Assembly: GCF_000400465.1 (NCBI RefSeq)
Contig: NW_008806274.1
Location: 420,244-452,243 of the forward strand
Direction: 5' to 3'
DNA length: 32,000 bases
Source of the DNA: Wallemia ichthyophaga EXF-994
Lineage: Eukaryota; Fungi; Basidiomycota
The notes beneath the pieces were generated by a model that did not search any database, was not told the origin of the DNA, and saw only the letters and a list, made by a program, of their open reading frames with translations. The position numbers and the translations under genes are program-made. Positions 30,875 through 32,000 of the stretch are shown piece after piece (positions within the stretch are counted from its first letter, which is position 1; every line of letters begins with the position of its first letter).

Positions 30875-31746
30875 ATGATCAGCGACGACGCACATAGCAG
30901 TCTCCAAGCGCGGCTGGAGGGGGAGATGGATGCGGTGATAGCGGAGCTGGAGCAAGGAAAGGAATTTGAGACATATATTAGAGCCCTTTCGCTGCTCACT
31001 GATGTTGAGCACCTGCGTAACAATTTCTCACTGGAAATCGACGGACTGCAGACGTTCAGGGAGTTTCTAAGCAGTACAGAGAAGAAGGTAGGATTCAAAT
31101 TTGTGCGCGTACGTTTTCGTCTGTATCTGATAATCTTCAGGCGTCGCAGTCAATCACATACCCGTCTCTGCCACCAACCGTAGACGCAGTGCTCGATGTG
31201 GACATCCAGCGGAAAGGGCAAATGGAGAAAGAGGCTGATTTTATACCCAAGGATTTGACCAAGAGAATGAGCCGAGTAGTCACAGAGGCGACACCAGCAG
31301 CATCTACATCGACATCAGCGCACATGCCAGCATCATCACCAGCACCGAATCCTCTACACAATCCTCCACACAAATCACACACGTATGACTACGAGAGAGA
31401 ACGCGCGCTTTTCGAATCGAAACGGCAAGACAAAGTGACGGACGACTCAACATCCTTGCGCACATCGCGTGCTGAGCAGGAAGATCTTTCTGAGGAGCTG
31501 ATAGCGATGACGCGACAGCTGAAGCAGAATGCTCTCGCTTTGTCACAAGGCTTGAGTAGCGATGTACCCCTTCTCGACCAAGCGGGTACACAACTGCAGG
31601 GGAATGCCGATCGCATGTCGACGCAGCGCCGGCAACTTAACGTGTTCTCAGGCAACAGCAGGGCAACTACCTGTCTCACTTTCACGTCTGTCATCGCCGT
31701 ATTCATCGCGTGGATTGTGCTTTTCATAGTTATAAAGCTGTCGTGA
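30875..31746 (+). CDS. USE1: ER SNARE Use1/Slt1-like tail-anchored protein; 2 exons
   Basis: QEDLSEELIAMTRQLKQNALALS SNARE-like coiled coil, C-terminal TM helix ending VIKLS; intron 31088-31140 joins the two ORFs in frame. Confidence 0.75.
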
Positions 31747-31842
31747 TAGAGATAAAGAATGAAAATTTTATTACTAACACGCATAAATACTTGATCCATT
31801 AATGCAACTATTGCAACTAATACTACCTATGAATAACCTCCT

Positions 31843-32000
31843 TTACTGTTTCTTCTGGCGATTGTTAGCTCTCTCGCTCAGGTCAACACCGACTAAAGTC
31901 TTCGATGCTTTCCAGAACTGGACAAAGTTGATGATCTGCTTGGTGAAGCAGATCGGGAAACTGACAATAGCGACAATGTGTGCGAGAGTCATACCAGCAA
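31843..32000 (-). CDS. PIS1: Phosphatidylinositol synthase, C-terminal end (gene enters from beyond the window)
   Basis: AGMTLAHIVAIVSFPICFTKQIINFVQFWKASKTLVGVDLSER* matches the basidiomycete Pis1 C-terminus as I recall it (FP....KQIIN.VQ.WKASK.LV..DL.ER). Confidence 0.8.
   Translation of the reverse strand, partial: AGMTLAHIVAIVSFPICFTKQIINFVQFWKASKTLVGVDLSERANNRQKKQ

Noticed and set aside
2121-31799. Many 60-180 aa ORFs on opposite strands or alternate frames in the track
   Set aside because: They are shadows of real CDSs and low-complexity tracts, mostly with non-ATG starts and no family motifs.
1-32000. CRISPR arrays, transposases, LTRs or terminal inverted repeats
   Set aside because: No spaced direct-repeat array, element ends or transposon and retroelement protein motifs were seen.

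Overview
Eukaryotic, fungal DNA with basidiomycete-type proteins. The genome is extremely compact: introns are mostly about 45-55 nt and intergenic gaps are often under 100 nt, which suggests a Wallemia-like organism (inference only). I can reconstruct 16 complete and 2 partial spliced protein genes plus one tRNA. In order: SCC4/MAU2-like (partial), ROM2-type RhoGEF, GPATCH1-like, GCV3, FAR-17a/AIG1-like, TEA4/BUD14-like, HDA1, RSA3, DIB1/DIM1, GRC3, TSR2, MBP1-like APSES factor, NDUFB7, SAM50, tRNA-His(GTG), stomatin-like, ILV3, USE1, PIS1 (partial). No mobile element or CRISPR array is recognisable. The one stretch that genes do not explain is about 340-2418. It holds a Pol II promoter-like module (CACGTG, TATA-like box, pyrimidine tract), an intron-like segment, several hairpins, a 5'/3' long-range helix and a TAACCCTA motif, so it is a speculative candidate for a structured ncRNA, possibly telomerase RNA. 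Other notable points: start codons only 36 nt apart (GRC3/TSR2) within an RNA-processing gene cluster; a 19-nt tandem gap with a phase-compatible fusion splice (AIG1-like/GCV3); a 14-nt catalytic micro-exon and an in-frame stop-free intron in HDA1. All gene models were read by eye and exon boundaries need RNA-seq confirmation.
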